Origin: Microcoleus sp.
GTDB lineage: Bacteria > Cyanobacteriota > Cyanobacteriia > Cyanobacteriales > Microcoleaceae
Direction of reading: 5' to 3'
Assembly (NCBI GenBank): GCA_042408215.1
Contig: JAYFMW010000017.1
Location: 1-64,000, forward strand
DNA: 64,000 bases
Position 1 is the first letter of the stretch; every line of letters starts with the position of its first letter. The position numbers and the translations under genes were made by a program. Of the stretch, positions 29,953 to 41,947 are shown one piece after another. Below the pieces are notes generated by a model. The model was given only the letters and a program-made list of their open reading frames with translations. It was not told where the DNA came from and did not search any database.

Positions 29953-31032
29953 ATGGGCGTTGCAATCATTACTGGATCGGCGGGTTTAATTGGCTCTGAA
30001 GCCTGTAAGTTCTTTGCACAACAAGGCTTCGATATTGTTGGAATTGACAATAATATGCGCCAGTTCTTTTTTGGTGCAGATGCTTCTACAAATTGGAACC
30101 GCCAACAACTAGAAAAATCCCTGGGGACAAAGTATTTCCATTTAGATGTTGATATTCGCGACTATGAAGCGATTACTAATATCTTTCAGCGGTACGGTGA
30201 GGATGTCGAATTAGTGATTCACACGGCTGCCCAGCCTAGCCACGATTGGGCAGCCCGCGCTCCTAAAATAGATTTTACCGTCAATGCCAACGGTACTCTC
30301 AATCTTTTAGAAGTAACTCGCTTGTACTGTCCCAAAGCTGTTTTCATTTTCACTTCTACCAACAAAGTATACGGCGATACACCCAACAGTTTGCCTTTAG
30401 TGGAATTAGAACACAGGTGGGAAATTGAACCGGGTCATACTTACGAAGGCGGCATTAGGGAAGATATGTCGATCGACCAGTGCTTGCACAGTTTGTTTGG
30501 TGCTTCTAAGGTGGCTGCTGATGTTTTAGTTCAAGAATACGGTCGCTATTTTGATATGAAAACCGCTTGTTTTCGCGGTGGCTGTCTGACGGGGCCGAAT
30601 CATTCTGGAACTCAATTGCACGGCTTCCTCGCCTATTTGATGAAGTGTGCCGTGACGGGAACTCCCTACACCGTGTTTGGCTACAAAGGCAAGCAAGTCC
30701 GCGATAACATTCACAGTGCAGATTTAATTTCGGCATTTTATGAGTTTGTTAAAGCTCCCAGAAGTGGAGAAGTTTACAACACAGGAGGCGGCAGGTACAG
30801 CAATTGTTCGATGATAGAAGCGATCGCAATGTGCGAGGCAATTGCCGAGCGCAAATTCTATTGGACTTATGCTGAAGGTAATCGGATTGGCGATCACATT
30901 TGGTGGATTAGCGACAATTCAAAATTCGCTAGTCACTATCCAGACTGGAAAATGAAATATAACGTCAAACAAATTCTACAGGAGATTTATGAGTGTAACC
31001 GCGAGCGTTGGCTAAAAGAGATTCCGGCTTGA
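29953..31032 (+). CDS. NAD-dependent epimerase/dehydratase (CDP-paratose 2-epimerase-like)
   Basis: [28 protein letters not shown]. Confidence 0.88.
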   Translation: MGVAIITGSAGLIGSEACKFFAQQGFDIVGIDNNMRQFFFGADASTNWNRQQLEKSLGTKYFHLDVDIRDYEAITNIFQRYGEDVELVIHTAAQPSHDWAARAPKIDFTVNANGTLNLLEVTRLYCPKAVFIFTSTNKVYGDTPNSLPLVELEHRWEIEPGHTYEGGIREDMSIDQCLHSLFGASKVAADVLVQEYGRYFDMKTACFRGGCLTGPNHSGTQLHGFLAYLMKCAVTGTPYTVFGYKGKQVRDNIHSADLISAFYEFVKAPRSGEVYNTGGGRYSNCSMIEAIAMCEAIAERKFYWTYAEGNRIGDHIWWISDNSKFASHYPDWKMKYNVKQILQEIYECNRERWLKEIPA

Positions 31033-31218
31033 AATGTGCCGATTTTCACTCAATTTTTAGGCTAATAACTGTTGAATTTGACTCTCTATCAAAAGTCAAA
31101 AGTGAAATTTTTGCAAAGATAGGAATTGCACAGCAGATATAAATAAGCCTGTTCTGCTGGGGCAATTCCCCTGTAGTTGGCTTTCAATAAAAGTGATGTT
31201 GCGTAATTTCTACAGCTC

Positions 31219-32184
31219 TTACTTTTGGGATAATTTGCCTTTAAATTGCTTAAGCTTCTTGCGAATTTTGTTTTTGTACAAGAAGTAATATCGTTTTAAA
31301 TCTTCGGCTTTGAGGAGGACTTCTGCTGCTAAACCTTGAGAGTTCCAAGCGTCGTGCAAAAATTTTCTGCGAAAAAAATTCATCGGCTTTCCATAAACTG
31401 TTGTGGACAAAGGTGCGGGTTTCGGGCCAGCCCAGTGGATTAGCGTTACATCTTCGTCTTTACAAACAGGGCCATTTTCATCAAAAGGAAAACGTTTTTT
31501 AATGTAATCCATGTCAAAATCTGGCATCAAAAATTGAATATCCTCTTGACATAGCTTGATTCTGCCTTCGTCCACAGCCCGAAAAATCAAAAAATTCAAA
31601 AACCCCATATCTCCCATTTTAAATAATCCGGGATGACTGGAGTTAAACTCTAGGAGTTCCTTGTATTCATCCAAACTGAAAATATCCCGTTTGCCAAAGA
31701 TGACACCAGGACAAACATAATCATTTCGGTGAGCTTTCCAGTTAAAATTAGGAAAGTGCTTTTCTAGTTGAGGTAGATCGAAAAACCACCGACAAATATC
31801 TTCATCAGAATATTCATAATTCGGTCGGTCTATTACCATATCGTATTCTTTTAAATGGGGAACTTTATTAAGAATATTTCCCCAAGCATTGGTATCTGAG
31901 TCCATGTAAAGGAAGTGTTCCCAAGGACTTTCCCAAAAACAAATCATTTTGTTTAAAGCCCAGCCAAAGCTGTGCTTTTTCAAAAAGTCACTGGAGATAT
32001 TGATGTGATTGAGTACAGAAACGCCATAGGTTCTTTCCATTGCCCGTACTTCAAAGGAAGAGATCCCATCCACCAACAAGCAAATAGGAACATCCTCCAT
32101 AAAATACCTAATGCTGGCACAAACTCCTTCGGCAAAATTGTAATCCTGATTACAACAGCCAACTATGACACCAAAGTCTTTCAT
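31219..32184 (-). CDS. Putative GT-A (GT8-like) glycosyltransferase
   Basis: FLYMDSD, D.GFLNF, IHWAGPKP. Confidence 0.65.
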   Translation of the reverse strand: MKDFGVIVGCCNQDYNFAEGVCASIRYFMEDVPICLLVDGISSFEVRAMERTYGVSVLNHINISSDFLKKHSFGWALNKMICFWESPWEHFLYMDSDTNAWGNILNKVPHLKEYDMVIDRPNYEYSDEDICRWFFDLPQLEKHFPNFNWKAHRNDYVCPGVIFGKRDIFSLDEYKELLEFNSSHPGLFKMGDMGFLNFLIFRAVDEGRIKLCQEDIQFLMPDFDMDYIKKRFPFDENGPVCKDEDVTLIHWAGPKPAPLSTTVYGKPMNFFRRKFLHDAWNSQGLAAEVLLKAEDLKRYYFLYKNKIRKKLKQFKGKLSQK

Positions 32185-32520
32185 AATTCATTTTTCTGCA
32201 AGTCATTTAGCCTCTGATTATAGCACAAAAGTAGAAATGTAAATAAAATCAGACTGAACAGATCTCAAAAAACAGGAATAATGCTATTGTTAGATAATAA
32301 ATGTAAACTCCAGCAATTTTGTTTCTCTAGGCAGATTAAAATAGAAGCCAAAGGATGAAAGTCAACTCTAGTATGTTGTCTAGCGAACGCTAGCAGATCG
32401 CAAGCTCGCTTTCGTAGCTAAATTGCTAGAAATCTACGATCATTACAAGAGTTTCAGATTATACTGTCATCAGAGTCGCAGAAGATAGCTAGATTTTAAG
32501 TCCGTAGGACAGGTGGCGTA

Positions 32521-33327
32521 ATGATAGATCAAGGAAAGAAAAACATCATTGGCGTTTTGGTCAATTCACTAGACTATGAAGCGGCTGTGAATAAAATTAT
32601 TACAGCAGCACACCAACAACAACCATGCTCTGTTTCGGCTTTAGCTGTTCACGGGGTAATGACTGGAGTGCTTGACAGCACTCACCGCTATCGTCTCAAT
32701 CACATTGACTTAGTATTGCCAGATGGACAACCAGTCAGGTGGGCAATGAATTTGCTCTACAATACGGGATTGCCCGATCGCGTTTGCGGGCCGGCTGCGA
32801 TGTTAGATATCTGCGAACGCGCGGCCGAAGAAGGGTTGTCTATCTATTTGTACGGTTCTCAAGCTTCTGTACTAGAGGTTTTATCTCAAAATCTTTGCAA
32901 GCGTTTTCCCAAGTTAATTATTGCAGGGACTCAGCCTTCTAAATTTAGGCTGGTTTCCCCGAAAGAGAAACAGGAAATTGCCCAGGAAATTCGCAATAGT
33001 GGTGCGGCAATTACTTTTGTTGGTTTGGGGTGTCCGCGACAAGAAGTCTGGGCTTATGAATACCGGGACGATTTATCAATGCCGCTGATTGCTGTAGGTG
33101 CTGCCTATGATTTTCATGCGGGTAATTTGGCGAAATCTCCTGAGTTTTTATCGAGAATAGGTTTGGAATGGCTGTTTCGACTGATCGTGGAACCAGGGCG
33201 TCTTTGGCAGCGCTATGTGTTGTTGAATCCACTTTATATCTGGCTGTTTTTGCTACAAGCTTTGAAATTAAAACAGTTCGATCCTAAAGACGCCACGGCA
33301 CCTAGGGAAGAAGTGCTGTACGGTTGA
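32521..33327 (+). CDS. WecB/TagA/CpsF glycosyltransferase
   Basis: PDGQP, VGLGCPRQE, VGAAYDF, GLEWLFRL..EP.RL. Confidence 0.93.
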   Translation: MIDQGKKNIIGVLVNSLDYEAAVNKIITAAHQQQPCSVSALAVHGVMTGVLDSTHRYRLNHIDLVLPDGQPVRWAMNLLYNTGLPDRVCGPAAMLDICERAAEEGLSIYLYGSQASVLEVLSQNLCKRFPKLIIAGTQPSKFRLVSPKEKQEIAQEIRNSGAAITFVGLGCPRQEVWAYEYRDDLSMPLIAVGAAYDFHAGNLAKSPEFLSRIGLEWLFRLIVEPGRLWQRYVLLNPLYIWLFLLQALKLKQFDPKDATAPREEVLYG

Positions 33328-33494
33328 AATTTCAAGATTGCTTGTGAATTATGGGTGCTCACAAGTAAAAAGTAAAAAAGCAACAAGTACAGAGCATCAC
33401 TAATTGTTTAGACTGGGAACTGGGAAAGTTTGAGTTGGTCCATCGATAATTAAGGGCTTGTTTTCTGTGAATTCAATTTGCCTGATTATCTAGA

Positions 33495-33791
33495 TTACTG
33501 AGGAACTGTCAACCGTCCTTGTTGGAGCGTTTGGATTACTTGAGTTCGACAGCCATTACAGTCGCAGCCTAAAGTCAGGGTAGCAAGGTTTACGATTTTT
33601 TAAGAATTCATTTATGGCAGCGACGATTGGCTCTCATCTTGAGTTATTCCTGCATTGACTGCGATTTGGCTAGTCTGTTTAATGCCTGCATCTTGGGAGG
33701 GTTTTGTGCTAGCATTAGCGGGATTGACGCTAAGTAGAATCTAGGCTAAAGAGCCAGATGTGCCTAGTAAAGTCAGTAGGTTTTTGTTCAT
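33495..33791 (-). pseudogene. Small secreted GCDCxxC protein with three in-frame stops
   Basis: MNKNLLTLLGTSGSLA*ILLSVNPANA...LP*MNS*KIVNLATLTLGCDCNGCRTQVIQTLQQGRLTVPQ*. Confidence 0.7.
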
Positions 33792-33999
33792 AGTTAACCT
33801 GAAAATAGACGACATAAATTTTAGTTTAACAGAGCCAGCAATTTATTTTTACAGATTGCATGAAAGGTTAATGTTTATTTGATAGTGCTGATTTTTATTG
33901 GTAGTTTAATGTGATGTTCGTGTTAAAGTTAAAGATATATGAACCCATAGACCGCGCTGCTATATCATTGATTTTTTGGCTGAGTTTGGCGATCGGGTT

Positions 34000-34058
34000 A
34001 TATCAATTCCGGTTGCACTCTTGGAGATGATTGTTGACGGTTGACGGTTGACGGTTGA
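34000..34058 (-). repeat. Inverted copy of the 18291-18351 repeat
   Basis: ATATCAATTCCGGTTGCACTCTTGGAGATGATT(GTTGACG)n. Confidence 0.85.
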
Positions 34059-34602
34059 TTAACTGTTAACTCAAATTTACTATTCCGATGAAGAGAGGAT
34101 TTGATATTATTGGTCATAGGGGGCGATCGCCATGTACCAAAAATCAGAGATTTTAGCTGGCAAAACAAAGTTGTATGGGCGAGAGATACTGCTTTTATCA
34201 TAACTGTTAGTCGTCCAATGGATCGGGCAAGCGTAGAGTAAAATTTGCGAATAGAACCTGCACTGCCAGGAAAAATTAGTTGGTCGGGGCGACGGCTGGT
34301 ATATACTCTAATAGCTGCGTCACTGTACTTACCACCATATTCTCGCCTACCTCAAATTGATTGAGCGTGAAGAGTCTTGGTTAAAGAGTCGAATCCGCAA
34401 ACAACTGGAACAGTTTGATTGTTTGCGAAATGCGAGCAAGTATGTCTTACGCAGGCGCGTCATAACCGCCTGGGCGGTTGCTATACATAAAGCAGGCATC
34501 TTGCCTGTATGCACTCCTGTAATACATAAATTATAAAATTAATATCTTCGCCTAAAATTAGGGAAGGTATTAATTTTATAACCTATTCAACTGGAGAGCT
34601 TA

Positions 34603-35274
34603 CTATGCAGCTTTTTGGGCGCGTCTTTGCTTGATTTTAGCAAACAAGCCTAAAGCTAAGACCGATCCTAACATGGTTGTAGGTTCAGGTACAGGTTCAG
34701 CAACGTAAGAATCACTTGCGCCATTTGGCAACGCTTGGACGTGCAAACCTAATCTTAAAGAACCATTATTCAGAGCGCTAACTACGCTATTATAATTACC
34801 ATTAAAGGCAATTCCTAAAGATTCCCCACCTTGAACACCCCATTTGTTTCCACCACCATTGTTGCTGCTAGCAGAAAAATCTGTCGAGAAAGAAGTAGCA
34901 AGATTAGCAGCTTGAGGTAGATTGCCGGGGCTGCTATCTTTAGTAAACCCAACCGTACCACTGTTACCACTATTAGTTATCAGATTCGATAGCAAATTGG
35001 CGTTAGAACCTGTGTCAAAGAAAACTCTGCTGATAAACATACTAGAGGCTGCTGCATTGCCAGAGTTAAATATGTTAAACAAAACTGAATTGGCCTCACC
35101 AGCAGTTACATTAAACCCAAAGCTACTTTGATAGGCATCTCCAACTGTATCCCCGCCCGCAATATTACCAAAGCTAAAATCGGCGGCGGTGGCGGAATTG
35201 GCACTCATTGTGGCGATCGCAACTACACTACTAGCCACTAAGATAGATTTAATTAAGGATAATTTGGCTTTCAT
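34603..35274 (-). CDS. PEP-CTERM sorting domain protein
   Basis: Signal peptide; VPEPTT, TM segment, basic tail. Confidence 0.93.
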   Translation of the reverse strand: MKAKLSLIKSILVASSVVAIATMSANSATAADFSFGNIAGGDTVGDAYQSSFGFNVTAGEANSVLFNIFNSGNAAASSMFISRVFFDTGSNANLLSNLITNSGNSGTVGFTKDSSPGNLPQAANLATSFSTDFSASSNNGGGNKWGVQGGESLGIAFNGNYNSVVSALNNGSLRLGLHVQALPNGASDSYVAEPVPEPTTMLGSVLALGLFAKIKQRRAQKAA

Positions 35275-35942
35275 ATTCAGCCCCTAGGAATTTTGTGTTT
35301 GTTTCTATTGACATCAGGAACGATCTATTGACCAATCGCCTGAACTCGATAGCTGCATTAATTGGACTTTTTTTCTTTCCTGTTTTTATTATAAGAGGGG
35401 ATCGATTGAATATTTATAAATCTTTGGTAAACAATTGACCATTTTGTGTAAAGGTTCTGTAAAGTTTGATACAAATACCCAGTGGCTACTAGGACATAGA
35501 GCCTTGTGTGCAGGCTCTAGGGGTGCCGTATTAACTGCCACGCCAGCCAAAGCCTTCAGTTTGTCCGCAGCTCCTCAGTTCGATAGTACCAATGGGATCG
35601 GCACTGGTGCTGGGGATGGGGTTAGCAAGTTTAGTAACAGCCCGCCACAAGCAGGCTCAAAAGACGATCGCCTAAATTTTCTCAGGGGCGATCGCTTGTA
35701 TAGGAAAAAAAACCCGCCCCGATTCCTCAAAATTAAGGTTAATTACCAAAAAGAGCCAGAGATGCGATCGCGCCTCTAGCTCTTTTGTTGGCTGATGGGC
35801 TATCTGAAGAATTACCCGGAGTCAGGAGGAGGAAGTAAAATGCAATACAAACAATGGTTTCAGCAATTAAAAACGTCCTAATCCTCTGGGCGGTTGCTAG
35901 ATAAATTGTCAGTTTTACCCCATAAATCCTCAGCTTTACTGC

Positions 35943-36290
35943 TTGTTAACTAGGCGGAAGCCAGGGAAAAATTTTTCCGAGAAACTCACCTTTGAAGCAA
36001 TAGATTTGAAGACATTTCAAGTAAAACGGCTGTTATTTTTACCCGCTCAAATTGAAAGAAAAATGAGTTTTTCCCCCGATGGTTTAGAGTTGCTGTTGGA
36101 TCGGGTAGTTGCCCAGAAAACGGCACCAGTCAAAGGAGACTTGAGAACCGATTTGAGAACCAATGGAGGAAGTGCGATCGCCGAGTCGAGTTGGATGCTA
36201 TTAAGTTTGAAAAAAACATCTAAATCTCATGGCGATCCATCACCTCAACCGCCTTTACAAGGCTTCCGACCTCAGTGGCTACCTGAATAA
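35943..36290 (+). pseudogene. Probable C-terminal remnant of a beta-propeller/TolB-like protein
   Basis: SFSPDG.LLLD and terminal G..PQWLP; no convincing start. Confidence 0.45.
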
Positions 36291-36339
36291 AACTTGTTGA
36301 TCTCAATCATAGGCAGCAGGATGCTTAAGGAAGTTGGCA

Positions 36340-37587
36340 TTACGCAAAAATCGGATTTGTATCATCGGATAATTGACTTGCGGTGGCTTGATTAGCCTGC
36401 CTTGAGTGGGCAATAACCTGCTGCATATGTTCTACGCGAGCTTTAAAAGTGTTTTCAAAAGTGTGCTGTTGAGCAAACTTCAGCGACTTGAACGACATCG
36501 ATTTAATTGCTTCCCGGTTGTTGCTGAGCTCTGCAATTTTCTTCGCCATCAGTTTAGGTTGATTCATTGGCACAACCCATCCTGTTTCGGACATTGCTGA
36601 AATTCCCTCGAATGCTTCGTTAGCATAGCCAACAATCGGCACGCCACAAGACATAGTTTCTATGTAAGTACAGGAAGGATCGCCCTGGCGGTGACAGCAA
36701 ACAAACAAATCAATATTCTGCTTGACGAATGGGAAAAACTCTGTCTTAAAGTCTGGTACGCCGAGCATTTTCACGCAGTTCTGAAGTTGATTAGCTGCTA
36801 TTGTCTCGTGCATCGTCTTTTCTAAATCGCCGGCACCGCTGATGAACATTTCAAAGTTTACTTTCATTTGCTTCAGTTCTTGAGCAACTGAAAGTAAATG
36901 ATCGGCTCCTTTCATTTTAATCAGACGACCTGAGAACAACAACCGCAGAGGCTGATCTGGCGTGCTGTTTTCTGTCCGCCTTTCAATGTCAGCTTCTGTG
37001 GCTAACATATCCTCGCTAATCCGCGTGTCTAAGAAAAATAGTGGATTGCGATTGAGACCCTTGTAGGCTTCGTAGGTAGGAGTGCCGTTGCACTGCAATC
37101 CATCTGCCATTGCGATCGCCTTGCGCTGCTTGATTTCCTGATTCTGCTCCCAGAGCATTTTCCGCAGGCGTATAATCGGATTGCTCGCACTCACAGTGGC
37201 AATTTGTTGGCGAGTTTTCAAAGTGTATTCAGAAACATAGATACAAGGCACTCCAGCTAAACGACAGACTTGAGCGATCTGGTTTTGTCGGTATCCCAGC
37301 ACTGCCAATACTAGGGAAGTTTTGTGCTTTTGCAGTAGAGCAGGCGTGATTTGATCGAAAGAAATTACTTCTAAGTTGAAAGGCAATTCATGAAGATTGA
37401 AGATTTTTTGATCGATATTGCCGTTGTCGAATTTGGATTCTTCCATCATCACAGTGATGGAGCGATACCGATAATTATTGAACTCTTCTACCGCTTCTAT
37501 TAACTTGCGAGTGAGTAAAACTTGGCCGTTTGGCAATAGCTTCGCTTGTAGAGGTTGTAGGATTGTCAGGTTGCTGTTAGTAGGCAT
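36340..37587 (-). CDS. Glycosyltransferase family 4
   Basis: LFSGRL..KG, DPSCTYIETMSCGVP. Confidence 0.85.
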   Translation of the reverse strand: MPTNSNLTILQPLQAKLLPNGQVLLTRKLIEAVEEFNNYRYRSITVMMEESKFDNGNIDQKIFNLHELPFNLEVISFDQITPALLQKHKTSLVLAVLGYRQNQIAQVCRLAGVPCIYVSEYTLKTRQQIATVSASNPIIRLRKMLWEQNQEIKQRKAIAMADGLQCNGTPTYEAYKGLNRNPLFFLDTRISEDMLATEADIERRTENSTPDQPLRLLFSGRLIKMKGADHLLSVAQELKQMKVNFEMFISGAGDLEKTMHETIAANQLQNCVKMLGVPDFKTEFFPFVKQNIDLFVCCHRQGDPSCTYIETMSCGVPIVGYANEAFEGISAMSETGWVVPMNQPKLMAKKIAELSNNREAIKSMSFKSLKFAQQHTFENTFKARVEHMQQVIAHSRQANQATASQLSDDTNPIFA

Positions 37588-38181
37588 ATGCTATATATTC
37601 CTTGGTTTGAAGTTTTTACTGTTGATGTGGTAGTGAATCGTTGGCGTAATTGAAAACGAATGTCGATCGCCATAACAGACATCGACAAAATTTAGGTTTC
37701 CACGCCTGATACGACAAGCGTTTCAGACGCTGTTTCGGAGATCTTTAATATTATAAAATGGATACAGGAACTGGATTTGAGCTTTAAACTTTTATACCAT
37801 ACCTGTTTGATATATCGCAATCATCTTGCAATCTACGTATAAATGTCAATCAGCTTTTTCGAGCTTTACTGATTCTTTACAATTGATCGGTCAATTATAA
37901 ACATTAGCGCAATTTTAGGGTGAATTTGGTTAAAATCAACTGTTTTATAAGTATTTATATTTAAGTAAAATCCTCAAGCTGCTTCGAGCTAGCTCGAATA
38001 GCAAGAGCGATCGCGATTTCCGAATACGGCGAGACAAATGCTTTAAACCATAAGATTTATGACAAAGTTAGTGAAATTTTACCTAAATATATATCTTGTA
38101 ACATAGCCATCATATTTCTTCACAATTAACAATGGGAACGGGAAGGAATAAAAAAAAGAAATTTTACCCCTTCTCGATTCG

Positions 38182-39141
38182 CTAATGGGAAGCCTTGATG
38201 CTGAACTTTTCTTTAATCAACCGGATATAAAAGTGCTTGAAGGCCGACTTAATGACGCGGGGCATACCAAAGTCGATCGGCATCATATTTTCCGGCAATT
38301 TCCAATCCAAAATTTTCACATCTTCCGGCTGCAAAAGCGGAAAATCAATAGCCTCTAAATTCGAGCAAAGTCCCAACTTCATCGCCGCAGCTACAGTCGG
38401 AACACTAGCCGGATTAGCATTAATAATTTCAACTACCGTTCTATCCAAAGCAAACACATCACTCGACGCGCCCAAAATTCCCAAAAACTTAGGTTCGCCG
38501 CCGCTTGGGCCGTTACCTTCATGACCAATAATTCCATCCAAAATAGTCAAATTTGGGTTAATTGTGCGTGCAGTTTCTACCAGCATTTGACCAAATCTGG
38601 CGCTATCTTTGCCAGCTTCCATATGCCACCAAGCCTTCATTTTGCCGGGAACACAGCCAAACAAATTTTTGACGCCCATTGTCACGGTTAATTGGACGTG
38701 AGATTTCAATTTTGGCAAATTAATTACGACATCTGCTTCCATTGCTTCCTTGCAAAGTCGGAGATGATTAAAGTCTTTGCTGACAGTTTCATAACGTTTT
38801 CCCTGAAATTCTACTACTGGCAAATTCAGTTCTTCTAGCAGCGGCAAGTACCCGTTGGCTTTGGCTACGCCCATTGCACTACCAAAGGCCGGACTATCGC
38901 CTAAAAACGGTTTTCCTCCTGCTTCGATCACCATTTTCGCCACACAGTAAACCAATTCTGGGCGGGTGACGCATTCTTTGGTAGGGCGAGAACCTGTGAG
39001 GAGATTGGGTTTGAGAAGAACGCGATCGCCCTTTTTCACAAAAGCTGAAATTCCGCCAAGAGGTGCCAGTAAACTTTCTAAAGATGCTTGTAAGATTTGG
39101 CGATCGTATGAATTGGCACGAATTAAACTAACAGCAGCCAT
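38182..39141 (-). CDS. DUF362 domain protein
   Basis: [27 protein letters not shown]. Confidence 0.9.
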   Translation of the reverse strand: MAAVSLIRANSYDRQILQASLESLLAPLGGISAFVKKGDRVLLKPNLLTGSRPTKECVTRPELVYCVAKMVIEAGGKPFLGDSPAFGSAMGVAKANGYLPLLEELNLPVVEFQGKRYETVSKDFNHLRLCKEAMEADVVINLPKLKSHVQLTVTMGVKNLFGCVPGKMKAWWHMEAGKDSARFGQMLVETARTINPNLTILDGIIGHEGNGPSGGEPKFLGILGASSDVFALDRTVVEIINANPASVPTVAAAMKLGLCSNLEAIDFPLLQPEDVKILDWKLPENMMPIDFGMPRVIKSAFKHFYIRLIKEKFSIKASH

Positions 39142-39143
39142 AG

Positions 39144-39327
39144 TGGGAATGGGGAATGGGGAATGGGGAATGGGGAATGGGGAATGGGGAATGGGGAATT
39201 GGGAATGGGGAATGGGGAATGGGGAATGGGGAATTGGGAATGGGGAATTGGGAATTGGGAATGGGGAATGGGGAATTTGGAATGGGGAATTGGGAATTGG
39301 TAATGGGGAATTGATAATGGGGAATTG
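39144..39327. repeat. Heptamer STRR (GGGAATG/GGGAATT)n
   Basis: About 26 heptamers immediately upstream of the DUF362 start. Confidence 0.95.
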
Positions 39328-39529
39328 CTATTAGTGATTGGATATTGGCTATGGGTTATGGGTTATTAGTTATGAGGAGAAGGAATAATTATATAGCAGT
39401 TCTCAATCTTGGTGAGGTATGCCCTATGCCCTATGCCCTATGCCCTATGCCCTAGATCCGAGAACACCGCACTGTTACTGAGAAAGGCTATATATTCCCC
39501 ATGCCCAATTCCCCATGCCCCATGCCCTC

Positions 39530-39856
39530 TTATGTATCCATCGGTAATCTACCAGAAGCAGCCCGCTGCATGGTACTAACTCGCTGGGAGTTAGGGAATA
39601 TTCCTTGACCTTGAAGTTCAGGAATCGGCGGTTTGACTTCGACTTTTACCAATCTGGCGGTACAGATAAAAACGGTTTGATCGTTTAAATGAAAAGTCAA
39701 CCAAGGTTGGTTTAACAAATTCAGCACTAGCTCTTGAAACTCTCGTGCAGGCATCGGAAGAGTAAACGTTTCTGTGTGACCTTCCACATAATGAAATGTC
39801 ACTTGTGTTGTATTCTCTCTATCTGGAGTTATTTTTCCAAAAGAACCCGCGCGCAT
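39530..39856 (-). CDS. Hypothetical protein
   Basis: ATG at 39856 with AGGAG upstream; the longer ORF-track N-terminus is REP sequence. Confidence 0.7.
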   Translation of the reverse strand: MRAGSFGKITPDRENTTQVTFHYVEGHTETFTLPMPAREFQELVLNLLNQPWLTFHLNDQTVFICTARLVKVEVKPPIPELQGQGIFPNSQRVSTMQRAASGRLPMDT

Positions 39857-40081
39857 AAATGTTGCTCCTAAAATTGAGACTATCAAAGAATAACGTAAGA
39901 CGCGATATCTGTTAGATACCCGACTTCTTAAAGAAGTCGGGTATCTGCGTATTCTGTTTTTTAAGTTGAACTTGCAGTTTGAGACGCACTCAACCCAAAA
40001 AACCCGGTTTCTCGTTTTCATCCTCAATCTAAAATGACGCAATTAGGTTAAGAAACCGGGTTGAGTGTGTCCAGGACTAGC

Positions 40082-41503
40082 TTACTTAGCAGAAGATGTC
40101 GGCATCTGACTCATTTTCTCTAAATCGAGAACTTTTGCCAAGTCTTCTGCACTCATTAAACCACGTTCTAGCACAATTTGCCGCAAAGATTTGCCAGTGT
40201 CTAGGGATTCTTTAGCGACGGCGGCGGCGTTGAGATAACCGATGTGGGTGTTGAGGGCGGTAACGAGGGCGAGACTACCTTCAGCATAAGCGAGACATCG
40301 ATCGCCCTTAGCTTCAATTTTTTCGAGGCATTTTGTGGTAATGGCGCTAATCGTATTGCCCAAAATTTCGATGCTGTGAATCAGATTGTAGGCGATGAGG
40401 GGCATCATCACGTTCAATTCTAATTGTCCCGCTTGGGCGGCCAGGGCGATCGCACTATCATAACCCATAACTTGAAAACAAACCATCGAGGTCATTTCCG
40501 CCATCACAGGATTGTATTTTCCCGGCATAATTGACGAACCAGGTTGCACAGGAGGCAGTTGAATTTCTTTCAAACCCGTTTTCGGCCCAGAGTCCATCAA
40601 ACGCAAGTCATGGGACATTTTAACGCAATCCTGAGCGAGATTTCGCAGTGCGCCAGACACATTTACAAACGGTGCCATACTCTGCATAGCAGCCATTAAA
40701 TGCCTTGCTGGTTTCAGGGGTTGATCGATTAATTCCGAGAGAATTTCAGCAACTTTTTGACAATATTCAGGGTGAGTATTTAAGCCTGTTCCTGCCGCAC
40801 TTCCCCCCAATCCCAGGGATGTCAAATCATCGGATGCCCTGTCAATTCTCAAGGTATGTTCTCGGAGAATTTGTGCCCAAGCGCCGAAGGTATCGCCGAG
40901 TCGAACCGGCACAGCATCTTGCATATGAGTGCGGCCGGATTTAACAATATCTTTGAATTCTTCGGCTTTGTTTTCAAGGGCGACTACGGCATCCGACAAA
41001 GCCGGAAAAAGAGTTGTTTCTAAGGCCAACAATCCGCCGATGCGAATCGCAGTCGGAATCACATCATTGGTCGATTGACCGTAGTTTACATGATCGTTAG
41101 GACTAACGCGCTTGTAGTTGCCTTTTTCATCGCCCATAATTTCCAAAGCGCGATTAGAAAGAACTTCATTAACGTTCATGTGGTGAGAAGTTCCGGCCCC
41201 GGCTTGGTAGACATCTACCACAAATTGATCGCGCAATTTTCCGGCTAGGATTTCGTCGGCGGCTTGGACAATGGCTTGACTGATATCTTGGGGAATGCAG
41301 CCGAGTTCACCATTGGCGATCGCCGTTGCTTTCTTAATGAAAACACAAGCATCAACATAAGTCGATAAAGGTTTAATCCCGCTGATTGGGAAATTTTCTA
41401 TAGCGCGCAGAGTTTGGATGCCGTAGTAGACATTAGATGGGATTTGTTTGTCTCCCATCGAGTCGCTTTCAGTGCGGTAGGTTGCGGTTGGCTGTTGAGT
41501 CAT
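40082..41503 (-). CDS. aspA: Aspartate ammonia-lyase
   Basis: YYGIQT.RA.ENF, QSTND, GRTH.QDA, GSSIMPGK.NP. Confidence 0.9.
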   Translation of the reverse strand: MTQQPTATYRTESDSMGDKQIPSNVYYGIQTLRAIENFPISGIKPLSTYVDACVFIKKATAIANGELGCIPQDISQAIVQAADEILAGKLRDQFVVDVYQAGAGTSHHMNVNEVLSNRALEIMGDEKGNYKRVSPNDHVNYGQSTNDVIPTAIRIGGLLALETTLFPALSDAVVALENKAEEFKDIVKSGRTHMQDAVPVRLGDTFGAWAQILREHTLRIDRASDDLTSLGLGGSAAGTGLNTHPEYCQKVAEILSELIDQPLKPARHLMAAMQSMAPFVNVSGALRNLAQDCVKMSHDLRLMDSGPKTGLKEIQLPPVQPGSSIMPGKYNPVMAEMTSMVCFQVMGYDSAIALAAQAGQLELNVMMPLIAYNLIHSIEILGNTISAITTKCLEKIEAKGDRCLAYAEGSLALVTALNTHIGYLNAAAVAKESLDTGKSLRQIVLERGLMSAEDLAKVLDLEKMSQMPTSSAK

Positions 41504-41548
41504 TCGATTTTAGATTTTAGCTTTTAGATTTTAGATTATCGCACGTTT

Positions 41549-41716
41549 ATACCAATTTAATGGGTCGTTGCACAGATCTCGATCCCCCTAAATCCCCCTT
41601 AAGAAGGGGAGTAGGGGGTGACTTTGAGAAGAATCTTGTCCCCCCCTTATTAAGGGGGAGTAGGGGGCAAGCTAAGGGGGGATCAGATTCTATGCAGCCT
41701 CATAAAAAATTGGTAT
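41549..41716. mobile_element. MITE, TIR ATACCAATTT, with CCCCCTTAAGAAGGGG core
   Basis: Terminal inverted repeats; sibling copy at 53781-53925. Confidence 0.8.
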
Positions 41717-41947
41717 TAGAGGTAGTTTAATTAGTCCTGGACGCATAAATACCCAAGAAACCGGGTTTTTCACCAGTATTCAAGCGTCAAATACAGTATG
41801 TCCGTAAAAAACCCGGTTTCTGCGTCTAGGCTATCAATGCTGAAATTAAATCTAAAAAGCAACCAGTGCAGAATATCTGGCAACCATCCGAATTATACCT
41901 CCTAAGATCCTGCTACACTATTAACAACCATATCCTCACCCACATCT

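Noticed and set aside
38966..39334. GNGEWGM-repeat ORF
   Set aside because: Translation of an STRR tract; same for ORFs at 59966-60397.
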